A DNA stretch of 60,676 bases, filler included, from Platydemus manokwari (Eukaryota), in the NCBI GenBank assembly GCA_037951405.1. It is 5 parts of 5 records of this genome, joined end to end, with 100 filler letters (N's around TTAATTAATTAA, not from the genome) between each part and the next. Parts side by side here need not be neighbours in the genome. Positions count along the whole stretch, not along the records: positions 16,663 to 28,087 come from JBBMOY010684430.1; positions 28,188 to 40,724 come from JBBMOY010094454.1; 3 more parts are not named here. One strand, 5' to 3'. Shown piece by piece: positions 25,471-39,952 of this stretch (position 1 is the first letter of the stretch; every line of letters starts with the position of its first letter). The position numbers and the translations under genes are program-made. Below the pieces are notes generated by a model that was not told the DNA's origin, made no database searches, and was given only the letters and a program-made list of their open reading frames with translations.

Positions 25471-26624
25471 AGAAATAAGAAATGATCAGTGAATAATAAT
25501 TAATATCAATGAGTAAAAATATGTGAGTATAAATTATATTGTGTTCTGTTGTTTTATTTTAGTTTTAGAGAAGGACTTATGAATCGCACGATATAATGAA
25601 TCAATTAAGCATAAAATAAATTTATTATAATAAATTTTAATTTGAGTGGAACACATATAGCCATTTAGTTTAATTAATATAAAGGAATTTCCTATAATAA
25701 TCATATTCGCATTATTATTATCTACTGATTTCGAGAATTTTAATTACCATATTATAAAATTTTAAATTCAAATAACGTTGAATAGTTTATTGATTAATAA
25801 TAATCATTATCATTTCTTATAAATAATTCATGTTTAGTCTATGGGTCATTATAAAATTTTATGAAATTGTCCATTGTTCTCTAGATGACTTTTTAATTCA
25901 ATGAATTTCATTTATCGATTTATCTTGAAACGATTGGTGCCTGATGAACAAATGGAAACAATCAATTCATACTTTATACGATTACTTCTCTCTCAAAAAG
26001 ATTGGATTTAGTTTTCATCAACGGTTAAAGAATTCAATTATTGAAGTAGTAAAGTCTGAGATTTCAGTTGTATTGATTTTGAATAACATTTCGAAATCCA
26101 AACAGAATTCTAAACGGCAGAAGAAATTGAGTTGATAAAACACATAATTATGAAGTTTAAATTTGAAATAATTTTTATGGGTATTTTAAATTTTTGATAT
26201 TGAAATCTTAAATGTTAATTTAAAAATATAGTGAAACTATTATTTATTTTTAATGCGTATTTAAGAGTCTTGATTTGAAAAGATTTTTTGATAGGTTTAT
26301 TATTTCGACTTGTTTCATCAGAACACAACAAAATATATAGTCGAGTTAATTGATGAAATTAAGAAATTAATTTATATCATCAATTTATCAGCGATGCCAA
26401 ATTTAATGAATTGCAACGGAAAAATATGTTTTCTTCATTTAGTTATCATCATTTTTACATGAAGAGGTTGACAATTTTTGTTTTAATTTTAGTTATTATT
26501 AGTCAACAGATAATGGATTTCATTTTATGCTTATTTTTTATAAATTGTTGTAAATCACTTGATGATTTTATATATAAAAATGAAACAATTAGCAGACCTT
26601 ATTAAAATAGCATTCGAATTAAGT

Positions 26625-27152
26625 TTTTTATAATAATTAAATTATTATTATTATTATTAACTATTATTATTAACATTATCATTCTTATTATTATCAATAT
26701 TATTATCATTATTATTAACATTATCATTCTTATTATTATCAATATTATTATCATTATTATTGTTGTTATTATTATTGTTATTACTATTATTATTAACATT
26801 ATTATTATTATTATTGTGAGAATATCAAATTGAATTTAATTTTATATTAAATTTAATTTGGTATTAAATTTTATATATTTGTTTAAATAATTGTTTTTGA
26901 ATAGAATTGAATATCGAGTCTTTTCAGTTCGTTTTCAATGCGTTTTTTTATAAAATAGTAGCGGCTTACAATTATTATCACTAGTATTATCATTATTATT
27001 GTTATTAATATAATTAACATTATTATTATTATCATTATTACCGTTATTATTGTTATCATTAGCAGTATTATTATTATTGTCATTATTATTTTTATTATTA
27101 TTGGTATTATTATTATTATTGTTTTTGTCACTATTAGTATGATTATTATTTT
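26625..27152. repeat. Two imperfect (ATT)n microsatellite tracts (26625-26815, 26970-27152)
   Basis: Direct inspection. Includes an exact 39-nt duplication (ATTATTATTAACATTATCATTCTTATTATTATCAATATT-type unit). Confidence 0.95.
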
Positions 27153-28446
27153 AAATAATTTGTAGTGGCTATGTGTTGTAAATCCTAAATTATCGATTTT
27201 TACTGTTTTTTACATTAAAATAATAGTTATTGATTATATTGATTTATATATTTGCATATCTTTAAAAAAATTTCTGACGGAAAGTCTGTTTAATCGCCAG
27301 TACAATGTTATTAATCTGAAATTTACGATATATGTAAGAAAATAATAATTCAATCGAATCGATATTATTCTTGCATTATTAACAACTATTACCATTTCCC
27401 TGACAATTTCGGTAGATGTTATAAATTTGACGTTTTACAGTTTTAAAAGGAATGAAATTTGTATTTCACATAGCCTTAACTGGATTAAGGAAATCCGTTT
27501 AATGTTTTTTGATGTGAATAAATAGATGGCAACGGTAACTATGTGAATGGAATTGTCACCGAGTGGATTAGATGTGATGGCAAGTATAATGGCATAATAT
27601 TTTCTATTCAATATTTGATTCGATGCCAACTGATACTTTAAGTATTTATAAGTAGCTAATATGATTTATTTTCCTTGTAAACCCACATAGGTCCGGAATC
27701 AAACATTGATTGAAATTTTTTGGTTAATTTCAGCATTATAAATGTATTTGTTTTTCAAATTGAGCTACCTACAGATTCATTTGAAATCAGGTATAAATAA
27801 AATAATACAATCCGAGTTGGATTGAATATTTAATGAGTGTTAAAACAAATTTTTGAGCCGCAAAAATATTTAATATTCCGTGATATGGCAAGAAATATAG
27901 AAAAGATCAAATGATGTCTTTTAATTGAGTTGGGTTTTTTTAAAACAATTTCATTAATAATTTGTGCCAAAGAATTTTATTGACAAAGTAATATGAGCTT
28001 TTAAAGATTTATATAATATTTTTATCCATAAATACTCTGATGAACATATTCCTAATCTGTCATCATAGATCAATGAACACTTCAACCNNNNNNNNNNNNN
28101 NNNNNNNNNNNNNNNNNNNNNNNNNNNNNNNTTAATTAATTAANNNNNNNNNNNNNNNNNNNNNNNNNNNNNNNNNNNNNNNNNNNNCGAATTAGTAATA
28201 TGCAAAATGATGATTTCTGAATTAAATACCAAATCATCGAACATATTGTTGTTCTCAAATATCAAAAGTAATTCAAAAAATATAGTGAAAGTGAGGAAAA
28301 TTGTGAAATCCTTTGTTATCGAATAAATAACCACGTAAGAAAATCAATTTTTCGTGTAAAAATAATAATAAAAATAAATAATTTATTCACCTCAGGTAAG
28401 AATTCAGCAGTTTCAAAGAAGCTGTTTCAAATGAAGAGATTGAGAA

Positions 28447-28720
28447 ATGGCTTTGGAAAATTTCTCACATACCAAAACAGTGTACGAAAAAGTTCAGGAT
28501 TTGGCAGCAAACAATACGAGACCAACAAGATCAATGAAGACTATTGCTCCTAAATTTTACAACGATTGTAGAGGAGAACCCACACCACGTGGTGATTATT
28601 TAAAACCAGGAATTTGGTTTCGCTGTGGTGAGCTTGGATATCGGAAGTTTGAATGTCCACCGCAGAATAGATGTTTAATATGCGGAAAAGAAGGACATTC
28701 GTTCAGAGAATGATATTTAG
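28447..28720 (+). mobile_element. Retroelement gag fragment with two degenerate CCHC zinc knuckles
   Basis: WFRCGELGYRKFEC and CLICGKEGHSFRE* (final Cys codon is TGA). No pol follows. Confidence 0.75.
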
Positions 28721-30610
28721 CCAGGGAGCCTTTTTATAATAGTTCGAGGAAAAAAGTACACATCCATAACAAGGAAAATGAAGCAGTTATTCAAACCCAA
28801 AGTCAAGCAAGTGATTGTGTTAGCTCACTCTCCATGGAAGAGAAAAAACTATATTCTTTTGCTTCAAATCGACACCACTTTATTCATTTGTTCCAAAGTA
28901 TCATTTAGCTTTTGGGTTTTTTGTTTTTAATAATAATTAATAGTCTTACTTGATAATAAAAATTTGTTTTTTCTTTTGTTATATATGGTTCATTATGATT
29001 TTCCAAAAATTAAAAATAATCAATCAATATATGTACTTTTAATTTCTAGATTTATTCTATCGTTTTTTTCTATATATAATATAATAATAATGATAATAAT
29101 AATGTCAGGTGAATCACGAATGCATTCATCGTGTCAAAATTTCTTTTTGCAATTATAACCCTAAGTTTCATTTTCTTTCCTTTCCATTCGATAATCACTT
29201 CTGCATACCCCAGATGACGTTCGGCATCCGTTGGAAACACTCAACTAAGCGTAATCAAGCTATCTTGAAATTTGAGCTTCAAACAAATATAACTTGTTTG
29301 TTTATTTTACCACGTTACTGATACTAATTAATATTTAATGTAATTGTTTTCGAAATACCTTTGACTATTTTAATCGAAACATTAATAATACTCAAACATT
29401 AATACTCAAATTAATTATTCTGAGATCATGGAATGATATCAGTGGTGATAAATATTAAGAAAAATATCACATAATTCTGCGAATTATGGATTTTTGTCAA
29501 AGTGTAAAGAAGGAAATGGATAATATGTAGTGATTATAATAAATTAAATAAACTAACAATAATTAAATAGAAATCATTACTTAAATAATAAATAACGAAA
29601 GCGTTCATAAGTAAATTCTAAATAAAAATGAAGAAATAGTAAAATAAAGAGTAAAAAAACAAAAAAGTGATTTGGGAAAGAATCATGAAAATTCACAGAT
29701 TATATTTTTAGCAAGCGAATAGATGGAAAATTCTCAACATTAATACACAATGGAAGTAAGCGTTCATGAATTGGTACTATAAAGTTGACAGCCACAATGT
29801 AATGTTTTATCTACAATTTTAATATTGGATTTATGGATTATTTTTGAGAGCAAATATGTTGAAGGATCTTATTAGCGAACTACCAGAATTTCTAATGACC
29901 AATAACTGCGCAGATTATAGTAAATGATTTATTTATTTTGGATTCATTTTAAAAAAATAAAAGCCTTTACGTTAACAAAGTTCTTTGATTGCTTATTAAA
30001 ATTTTATAGTTTTTTCTTAATCATTAATAATTGGGGGTTTCATATTTTAATTAAATAAATCTTCTGCATCTATTCATCGTCCGATTTCCCGGATGTTTTC
30101 AGTGACGCACTGTAGTTCTGAGTTGTACATTTTGACAAAGTTTTTTTTAATCTTTATATCTTGTTATATTTTCATATTTCTCAAATAAATTATATTCAAA
30201 CCCATTATGTGAGTTGTGATTTAACATAAGCTTAAATATTGCATATACGTTAAGTAATATCGTTGTTATTTGCTAGCTATATTGATATTTATAGGTAATC
30301 AGTCTCAGTAAAGCTATTTATCTAACTTTCTAACTTCGAGCACATTATCACCTTTAGATTTTTCAGTTATAATTTCCAACAGAGTTGTCATCAAAGAAGC
30401 TTTTTAATCCTCGTAAAGCCAGTATTTTAAAAATTATTCGCTCATATCCTCAAGCATATTTAATAGAATGAAAATTTGTAACAAGTTTTTAATAGTATTT
30501 ATTAAATACGATTTTTGTACATTGATTTCTAACCAGATTCTGGTTATATTTTTAAAATAATTTACTTTGTGTAAATTTTCTACAATTTTTTATCTGAATT
30601 TCATATAACT

Positions 30611-33315
30611 CTAAAAGTCTAATAGCATTTTCTGACTGGCAAATTTGAAATTGTTCGAACTGTTTAATGGATTATTATTCTCTTCTATTGTACTTGATTT
30701 TTCGCTTTTTTCCATGATATCACCAATGTCTGTTTTGTCGATATCCAAAGAATCTTTGGATACCTCTTCATAATCTTTTACCAAGGCTGTAATATTAAAT
30801 AAGGATTCAGTGAATTCCATTTCTTCCATACCTTCACCAACAAACCAATGAAGAAAGCTGCGTTTGGCGTATAGTAAATAAAATTTATGTGAAATCCTTT
30901 GAAATGCTTGTCCAATTGCTGAAGAATTTGTCAGCATAGCCAGATTTTTATCTGAGGGTGCTATACGGCTACTCGGAATACGAACAGGTGTACTTGCATT
31001 GACGCCAACTTTAAATCCTGTTGGGCACCATTCAACGAAATCTAATTTTTTCTCTTTTTTAATACGAGATAATGCTGCATAGACCTGATATGGTGATATT
31101 GATCCCCTGTAAAATAATGCGCAAGACATGAAACGACCAGTTCCTGGATCAATCCTAACCATTTGATTGTCTCTTTCGAAAACACTTCCTGTTAAATTAT
31201 CAACTGAGATAACTTCATGGTTGTATCTCTCAATGTTAGCTAATGGTGAAAAATTGCACAGAGGAAAGTGAATTCTTGGGTAAGGAACTAAATTGACTTG
31301 TAAAACGGATATATCACAGTTTAAGGTATTTTCAAATCTCAAAGAGGCTGTCAGAGATGATACTACTTGTGCTATCAGCCTGTTAATCAGTATGTATGAT
31401 GGAGACTGAAAATACAAATACTTTGTTGCAATATCAAAAAGAGCTTCATTATCGAAAAGCAAACTTAAGTCGGTATCTTCGATGCAAAAGTGTTCTGCTA
31501 ACACTGAGTTGTATGGTTCAACAGTGGACGTACTAACAGCAGGAGATGGATAAACTGGTATTTCTATTTTAGGTGTTTTCGGATACTCAGCTAAAGAATC
31601 GAATAGTGCTGAAGTTAATCCAGATCCAGTCCCACCTCCCAAAGATCTATAGATCATAATTCCATTCAAATGTTCACAGTCTTCAAACATTCTTCTCGAG
31701 ACTTGAGATATTTTGCTCAACAATAATTTCCCGACAGTGAAAAATCCTCTTGCAAAATTGCTGGCAGCATCCTCAATTCCTGTGACAAATCTATCGGGAT
31801 GAAATAGACATCGATAGTTTCCCAATTTAATTTCGTCTGAAATAAAATTTCAACTCTTATGATTTGAAAATAATTAAACAATAGTAATATTAAAATATTT
31901 TATCTTTCAACAAGTGTTATTATTAATTAACCCAAAAAATGTTTTTCATTTTACCTTATCTTCCATAATAACATTATTTTGCAATATAAATTTCTCATCC
32001 ATACGCTAATTCTGTGACCTATTTAGAGCAAAGAATGAATATAGGTTTTCAATCACAATAAACAGTTCCAAAATTACTCTTCATTATGTTTGGATATTAA
32101 AACTGTGATTTTCATCAAACCTTTATTGACTCTAATAATACAACTCGTAACCAAAATAACAGACACACTAAATCTCTTTACTATTTTTAACTAACAATTA
32201 ACCATTTTTGCAATGTAATTGATACTCAGAAGTTTGTATGCGTTACTTGTGTTTGACTTTTATTCGATGTTTGCCTTTCGAAATTCGAATGGGTTTCATT
32301 GATATATCATCAGCGAGGTTGGTCTGATTTTACCAAATTTAAATCATTTTTATGCTGCTTCTGATTGATGATCGTGCCTGTATGATGACTAGGTTTGTAT
32401 TTATGCAAATGTCAACACAGGTTCCAATAGGCCAAGAGTCATTATTTACATAGAAACCTCCGTACTCGGTAGTTGTAAAATAAGTTAGAAAATAGTTGTT
32501 GATTTCCTACAAGTACTAATAATTGCTCTTTTAATCAATTTAATAATTTTAAATGAAAAAGTAAAAAATATTAAACTGACACATTAATGATTTTATAATA
32601 ATAATAACACGCGGTTGATGTAGAAAAGTATTTATTAGCATGGTATCTACAATATATTTCATTTTAGATTTAAAAATACAAAAATATAAAAAAATTTGGT
32701 AAAAATATAATTTAAATGAAGAAACTTTCTTGGGAGTAATTTTATTAAATTGTTTATCTGTTCAAGGAAAAAGCTTTTCATTGAAATGAGTGTTTATTGT
32801 TATTAAATAATTAATTGTGAATATCAAGTAATTAAATATCGGAAGAGTTCCTATAAGCAATCATCATGTTTTATTCGACAAAACAAATTTAAACAATGAA
32901 TTGTAGTAATTCCGCATACATAATATAAATATTCCTTATACATGTTGGATTAATGTAATATAATAACAAAATCCAACTTTTCACAAGCCAAGCTTCATAT
33001 TTAGATTAAATAATCTTATTAAATCAAAAATTAGTCAAACCAACCTACAACTGTTGGTTCAAGGTCTATAAAAAGACTCCTTGGCGTTAACCTGCTATTA
33101 GGATTGAAACTGAAATACGATTCAATACATTCATGGTAGTTTGGATTTCCATTGTCTCGGAAACCAGATTCAGAAATTGTATGCTCAGCACAGAATAATT
33201 CCCAAACAGCAGATCCTATTTGAACTCCGGCCTGACCAATATGGAAATTTATAATTTCTTTCTAAGATTGGAATTAGTTATGCGTTATCAAAATATATTT
33301 ATATGAAATAACCAT
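30611..33315 (-). CDS. TUBA: Divergent alpha-tubulin, 481 aa, three exons
   Basis: Exons 33315-33313 (ATG), 33261-33045 (KEIINFHIGQAGVQIGSAVWELFCAEH...FIDLEPTVV) and 31836-30611. GT-AG introns of 51 and 1208 nt keep frame (1446 nt total). Motifs [49 protein letters not shown]. An intron right after the ATG is typical of alpha-tubulins. Confidence 0.96.
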
Positions 33316-36300
33316 TTCAACAACTTTCTTTAAGAATTGATTTTAATAAGAATCAGTCAATATTGAAATAATATTTATTCTTCAATATAAATTTTTTATA
33401 TGCTTAATACTCAACCATTTTGATATATTTAAAGATAGTTATTGGTCATTAGATGTTCTTATTTTCCCATTAGTTATGCTGAGTTTTTGAGCTTATGTAT
33501 TTATCCAACACTTGATTTCGAATAATATTAATCTGACTTAAAATCAAATTAACCCTCTATTAATCAGTCTAATAAGTAAATCAAAAGACAAATATTTATA
33601 TAGAATAATCCACTATTGAACTAACGACAAATACAAAATATTCAATAATTTACAACAAATCAAAAAATCAAACATAAATTAATTTAATAAATAATCAGAC
33701 AAGCACAACTTAGTTAAATTACAGATCTTCATGCAGATATTTTGAAGCAATCTAATTTACGGACGAGAGTGGAAAATTCGAATTTATTCATTTCCTAAAT
33801 ATATATAATTATATTTTAAAAAGAGTGAATTTTATAATATGAATTTTGATACTCTTCCACTATCTAATACTACCAACAATTTCGTAGACGGCTTTTACAA
33901 ATTCTTCTTGATTTAGCGGTTCGGTTTCTTAATATTCTAATCACCAAATTCAGTTTTAAGATTTTTCAGTCAAGAGTTTTGTGAACAAAAGTTCCAATCT
34001 TTCGAGCTTATTTATGCTAATTCAATAAGAGAAATTTAAAATATTTTTATTTTTAACAATTAATTTTATTTTTAATTAAAAAATTCATTCTCTTTATTTT
34101 TACTAGATTCTATAATTTTTGGATTTCTGTACATTCTAATAATCCCACTGAATTAATTTTCTTAATTCAATAATTAACTACTATAGTGATTTCTTGGAAT
34201 TATTTTATTGGGTTAGTTAAGCAACTTTAATTTTTATGGATGATTTTTTCTATTACTATTTCACACGTGCTTTAATAATTATTTTGTGATGTTTTTCAAT
34301 TTTTATTTAGTTATTAATTTCATTATTAACAAAATTATTGTCAAAAATATTATTAAATTAATACATATGCATTAGAAAGGAAGGGCTTGCGATATAAAAA
34401 AATATATAAGAAAAAAATTGTAGATAAGTAGATTAACCAAAATCAAATAATTAAATTTAACCAACATCATAGTCCTCGTTTATGTTGTTGGTTCGGAATT
34501 GTTGGTTTGATTTTTATTTTCTCGTACCGGATGGCTTTTACGGTCTAGTTCCCTCGCTTTATCATATCTTCTCAATTGCCTTCGTCGTCTAGCTCTATTT
34601 TTTCTATTCTTTCTTGGGTACTTGATGTGTCTTCTAAACAGTAATAAAATATTACAAATTATTACTTTTATTTTATAATTTGACATGCAAAAAATTATAT
34701 ATAATGTCTGCCTAAAGTTTCAAAAATTAAAGTTAAGTAAACCTTAGTTAAATGAATTTCCTTTTACATCTGCGTTTGGCAACCTATATGAAGATAAGTA
34801 GAACGACATAGATAATAGAATTATTGTGTATTTTAATATTATATCAGTCTCTTCTACTTCCTACTAGGTTTCTTATAATTCTTATCAGTCTCGATATTCG
34901 ATGCGTCACGGAAAATGATAACAATGATTTTAATCAAATTAATATTACGAATCCTACATGCACTTTGACAATTAAACAACAGAATACAATTGTTGAATAA
35001 AATATTTATTAACAATGAATAACAAATTAAATTTATTCTGACCAATACTTTTATACACTTAAACGTTGAATAATAGTCATATTATATTCAGTGAAGCTAT
35101 ATTATCAATAAAATCCTTCGCGACTATTGAAGAAATATATTTGACAAGAACAAGCTCTATAGATGCGGGGAATAAACGGTATATATTAGAGATGTTTTTT
35201 ATAAGTACAGTATCTTAATGTTGGATCTTCCAGTAGAATATTGGGTATGTAATATTCTAATGGGCATCTTTGAGTCATTCATAATTTTTATACGATTATC
35301 AAATAATGCCTTACACACATATATGTGTCTATGAATTTATTGTGGCAGAAAAATATTCTCTGCAATAAATTTATTATATAGAAAAATATTATGTTATTAA
35401 AATTATTATTGCTAGAATTCATTAAAAGCGATAACTAGGAATTTAACAAGCAATTTATCAGAATATTGATTTAATGGATAGGTTTATTATATGGTAAATT
35501 AAATAGGTTTTATTAATTAATATAAATGCTTGGTTTATTTTAGATTTAATTTATATTTTATTTTATTAACCGCCAGGCTTCTAGAATTTATTCAGAAATA
35601 CCCAATATTATTAATCTTGCAAAAATACATTTTTACACCTAATGGTATTTTTATGCATTGATACACAAATCGATACACAACTATTGTCAGATTGTAATTT
35701 AAAATTGTTAATTGCCCCAAACTCCAAAAAATTAGTTACCTTCTTATATTTGTAAATTAAAATGTTTTTGTATGAAATCAAACTAATTATTTTAGAAGAA
35801 TTTTGACTTAAAAGTATAATTTAAATTAAAAATTCTAACAAATCATAAAATAGGCTTCCAATTTTATAAGGTAGTGAACCCAATTCCAATAAGAAGCATT
35901 TGGTGCAACCGGAGATAAAAATAATTTTGATTAAAGTTGAGCAGTGTCCTCAATAGATATTCTCTGAACCCATTTTCAGATGAAGATAAGTAATTGAAAA
36001 TTAATTCATTAGAAGTGTATCCTTTCAAGAACATCCTTTCTGCAGTAAACACATTTCATTTCATATTCAAAACTTCTTTTAATATTTAAACGTTTTCATT
36101 AGACAGCGCATTTACTGACTTTGGCTTAAGTCACACCGTCATTTATTTTTGAGCTTAAAGAAGGTAAATAGATAGCTAGACACTAATAATAGATTTATAT
36201 CAATGAATCTTAATGGGTCAAATGCCTATGGTATGGTAAAGTAAAGATTTGTTGATTAACTAACTCTTAATAGTTCAGCTAGTTATAATGTAAATGTTTT

Positions 36301-36786
36301 CAAATACTGAATTTTTAAAAATATGTTGAAATAAATTTAGAATCTAGTGTACATCTGATCTTTAAGTTAGCCTCATATTTTAACATACACGTACAATTAG
36401 TCTTGAGAATGATGAACACACAATAAAAACCACTTTCATCAAAATACAGTTGTATAACGTGAAAGTAAAATTAGAAACTTGATATTGTCAGGTGCTTGAA
36501 TTAGAATTAAAAATATACAATGAAAAATTAATTTATAATAATATAAATAAATTACACATTAATTAAAATACAAAAAAAATTTATTGGCACTTATTATAGC
36601 AAAAATAAAGAACATTAAACCATGTCTAACATATGCATGACACATCATTACAGACATTAAATTGCACCAATAGTTTCTGACCAATTCACAAAAACGGAAA
36701 AATTAAAAATCCAAGACTGTATTTATTAAAACAAACTTATTTACACTGATTAAATATTTTATTGTTCAAACAAATATTATGATTTG

Positions 36787-37005
36787 TCAACCACTGTCCA
36801 GAGTGTTCACAAAGCGTGTCACCACGCTGAATCGTTTCTTGGAATATTTTTTTTCCTACAAAAAAATTGAAACAAAATATTCTTACAACATAAATCGCTT
36901 AAAAATCTACTATTTTCTCAGCAACAGACTGCAATATTTTACAAATATCATTTTCCGATTGTGATCGTTTTCTTACAAATGGTTTTGGAACTTTCAACAA
37001 TTCCA
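36787..37005 (-). CDS. Two putative terminal exons of a small basic protein of unknown family
   Basis: Exon 37005-36911 (ELLKVPKPFVRKRSQSENDICKILQSVAEKI), 55-nt GT-AG intron, exon 36855-36787 (EKKYSKKRFSVVTRFVNTLDSG*), and AATAAA about 25 nt downstream. A possible further exon lies near 37305-37340. Confidence 0.4.
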
Positions 37006-38967
37006 CTAAGAGAAATCGATAATATTAACGAGAAAAATTTATGAAGTTAAATTATGAATGCAAATATTTAGGAAAAATACAACGAACCTATTAAAGTTTG
37101 ATATTTGTTTACATAAAAAATCGATATGAAAAATCCTAAAAATGCATATTTTTATATACTTAGAAATTTCGATTGTTTCAACGGGAATCATACATATTAA
37201 TCATATAGTATTTGTGCATTTATATTAATATTTAGCATAAAAACATAAAAAGTAGGTTGATAATTTCTACTTTGATGTGTTTAAGTGAACTGATTATCTT
37301 ATACGACGAGATTCCTTCTTAGAAACATTGGAGAACTTTCTAGCTTGAATTTATAAAGGGTAAATGTTTTTGTAATTACATTATTTCGGTTAAAATGGAA
37401 CTCATCTTTTATCCAAAGTGACAAAAAATTAATGAATAATTTCGGAATAACACGAAAAAAGAATATATCGATCCGAATTTTAAATTTCCTGCTCTTATAT
37501 TTTCACTTATTTTACACAAATTTACACACTATCATTATATGGTAACAAGCGATTACGATTGAAACATATATGATTAGAGCTGTTTTTTTACACAATTAAC
37601 TGCCGTCGTTTCTCAGTATTTGAAATTTTGTATCAATGCTTTAGTCAATTCTATCCAATGCATTCACTGTGTCGATGAATTTTCATTTGACAGAAATTTC
37701 TTGAAGAAAACTTTAAAAAGTTATTATTTTATGCTATTTAATTGAAAACCGTTTTACAAGACATGATAATGATTTTTTTTATGATGGATTTCTAACATGT
37801 TTGAATTTTAAGAAAATATTTTCTTATCAAAACAACAATAATTATCAAATTATTTTATTATAAATATTATTTGAGATTGATTTTAATAATTTATGGTATA
37901 TTTTAGCTCTTCTGGTTAGGCGGATTAAATTGTAAAAAACATGTTAAAGAAATTAAGATCTAAAATTAAATCGATGGTTCAGCTAATCTGAATATTTGCG
38001 TAATCCGTAGACAGTTTAAAGTCTCGTTGATACATTTCATCGAAATAAACAAGTATTAGTAATTCAATAAATCAATTCTTGTAAACTGATTAAAATAATC
38101 AATGATAAAGGAAATTTCTGTCCAAATTATTAAATCACAGCACATGTATTCGCTTAATAAGGATCAACATAAATTAGGTTTATGCTACAATAATTTTATC
38201 ATTGAAGTACACTGGTCAAGCTATTGATTATTAAAACAAGTAGCTACTCGATAGACTTAATTACCCATTAGTAGTTTATAGGAAATCGAATTTACCAGAT
38301 TATAATTTGCTCAACAATTGATTCAAACTCATGAGGATTTCAATCAGCATAATTATTAATTATTACTGATCATATAGTTATTGCATTTTGGATCCATATC
38401 ACCATATCTCACACCTATAAAATTAAATCCTGTCAAATACTAATATGAACTTAAAAATATTAAATATTTTTTTTTGTAAAATTCATAACAAAAATGAAAT
38501 CAAAAGGATTGTTGCTGTGGAAAATTATAAATATTTTCTTAATCAAAATCGTGAAATACATTAAGCCAGCCGAAAAAATCAATACTGTATTCTTAAATAA
38601 AACAATGCATCTATTAAATTAAACCATTTAGATCGAGTAAAACATTGCATAAAAATTTAAGGCAATTATAGATATAAGTAACAAATTATCATTAAAAATA
38701 ATCTTATCTTGCATTATTTTTATTCCTTTAATATTACGGAAACAGAATAATAAATATTCAACCATTACATCTTATACTATATTTTATTATTATCAACAAT
38801 AATATCATAGTAATAACCAAATCAACAAAATATAATAAATAGCTTAAAATCATTATAAATAAATTCGAAAAATAGCGGATTAATAATTATCAAACCTAAT
38901 TTAATAAATTGAAAATTATGTTAACCATAGAAAATTGCAAATGTTCAAATAAAGAAAACAACACTTA

Positions 38968-39952
38968 CAAGATTTCCGTTGTGTATTCATTGAGAAATAA
39001 TTGTTTATTGTGCGGTTTCCAAATCATATGCTAATCAGTGTTGTCTCAACTATGTCACATGCAGATTTGTTGGCTTGATTATTAATGTTGAAAGTAGTTT
39101 AATAAAATACTCGCAACATTCATTTGACCTAATTCAAAAAATCTATGCTAAACCAAATAAATAAACAAAGTGGCTAACGATTATAGTTCTTATTTATCTA
39201 AACTGTGCAAGATAATTTTTCTGAATCCACTTATTCATTAACCGGAAAACTAAAGAATAAATTTCACATTCAAGTGATGCTCTAGAGATATTTTTAAAAA
39301 TTTTCCTTGAACTGAAATTCCAATACTATTCTGGAAGCGATTTTAAATTCAAAGTTAAATTACTTATTATTAATCTTATTCGTGAGTCATGTGCTGCTTA
39401 GTAATTTACTATTTTACTGATTGAGTGTGATATTTTATTAATTGAATTAGTATTTTTTAATATTTTTAGGTTTTAAAAAACCATAGAAACAGTTGAAAAA
39501 ATTTAAGATTTTAAATTTGATCCACTCATAATCTAATAACTTAGCTAATAAAAATGAAACTGATTTGTAAAATTCCGAATTTCTGTTTCCAAGCTGAATA
39601 TAATAAAGGAAGAAATCTATGGCACTCTTGTTTTGAATTATGAAAGTGTAAAGATGTAAAGATGTGTCAGAAGGTTTTTGAATCTTTAAATTATCTGGCC
39701 AGGTAAGGTTGTAGCTACGATTTAACTCGGATATTGTGAAATAATATTTAGCATACATATGCTAATTATAATATAAATTTGATTAATTGAGATAATTTAC
39801 AAAACTAATAGATAGTGTATAATTCTATTGTAAAACCCAGTAACATCAAGATAAAAGTATAAGGGGGCTGCCTAGGTGCTGGGACAAGTCTATCTTGATT
39901 GATTCGCTTATAAGATTTTTAAAGATCACAAGGTTAGAACTAGGTGTGAGCC
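38968..39952 (-). pseudogene. Multi-exon gene or pseudogene of unknown family
   Basis: Open exon-like blocks 39952-39809 (LTPSSNLVIFKNLISESIKIDLSQHLGSPLYFYLDVTGFYNR) and 39764-~39485 (ORF 39447-39758) can be joined by a 44-nt GT-AG intron. Downstream blocks contain stops. Confidence 0.35.

Noticed and set aside
26602-27131. Ile-rich hydrophobic ORFs 26602-26799 and 26883-27131
   Set aside because: Translations of (ATT)n microsatellites.
34480-34686. Arg-rich ORF resembling a protamine, next to the tubulin
   Set aside because: No supported start or upstream exon; purine-rich decayed sequence gives such frames by chance. It cannot be supported without transcripts.
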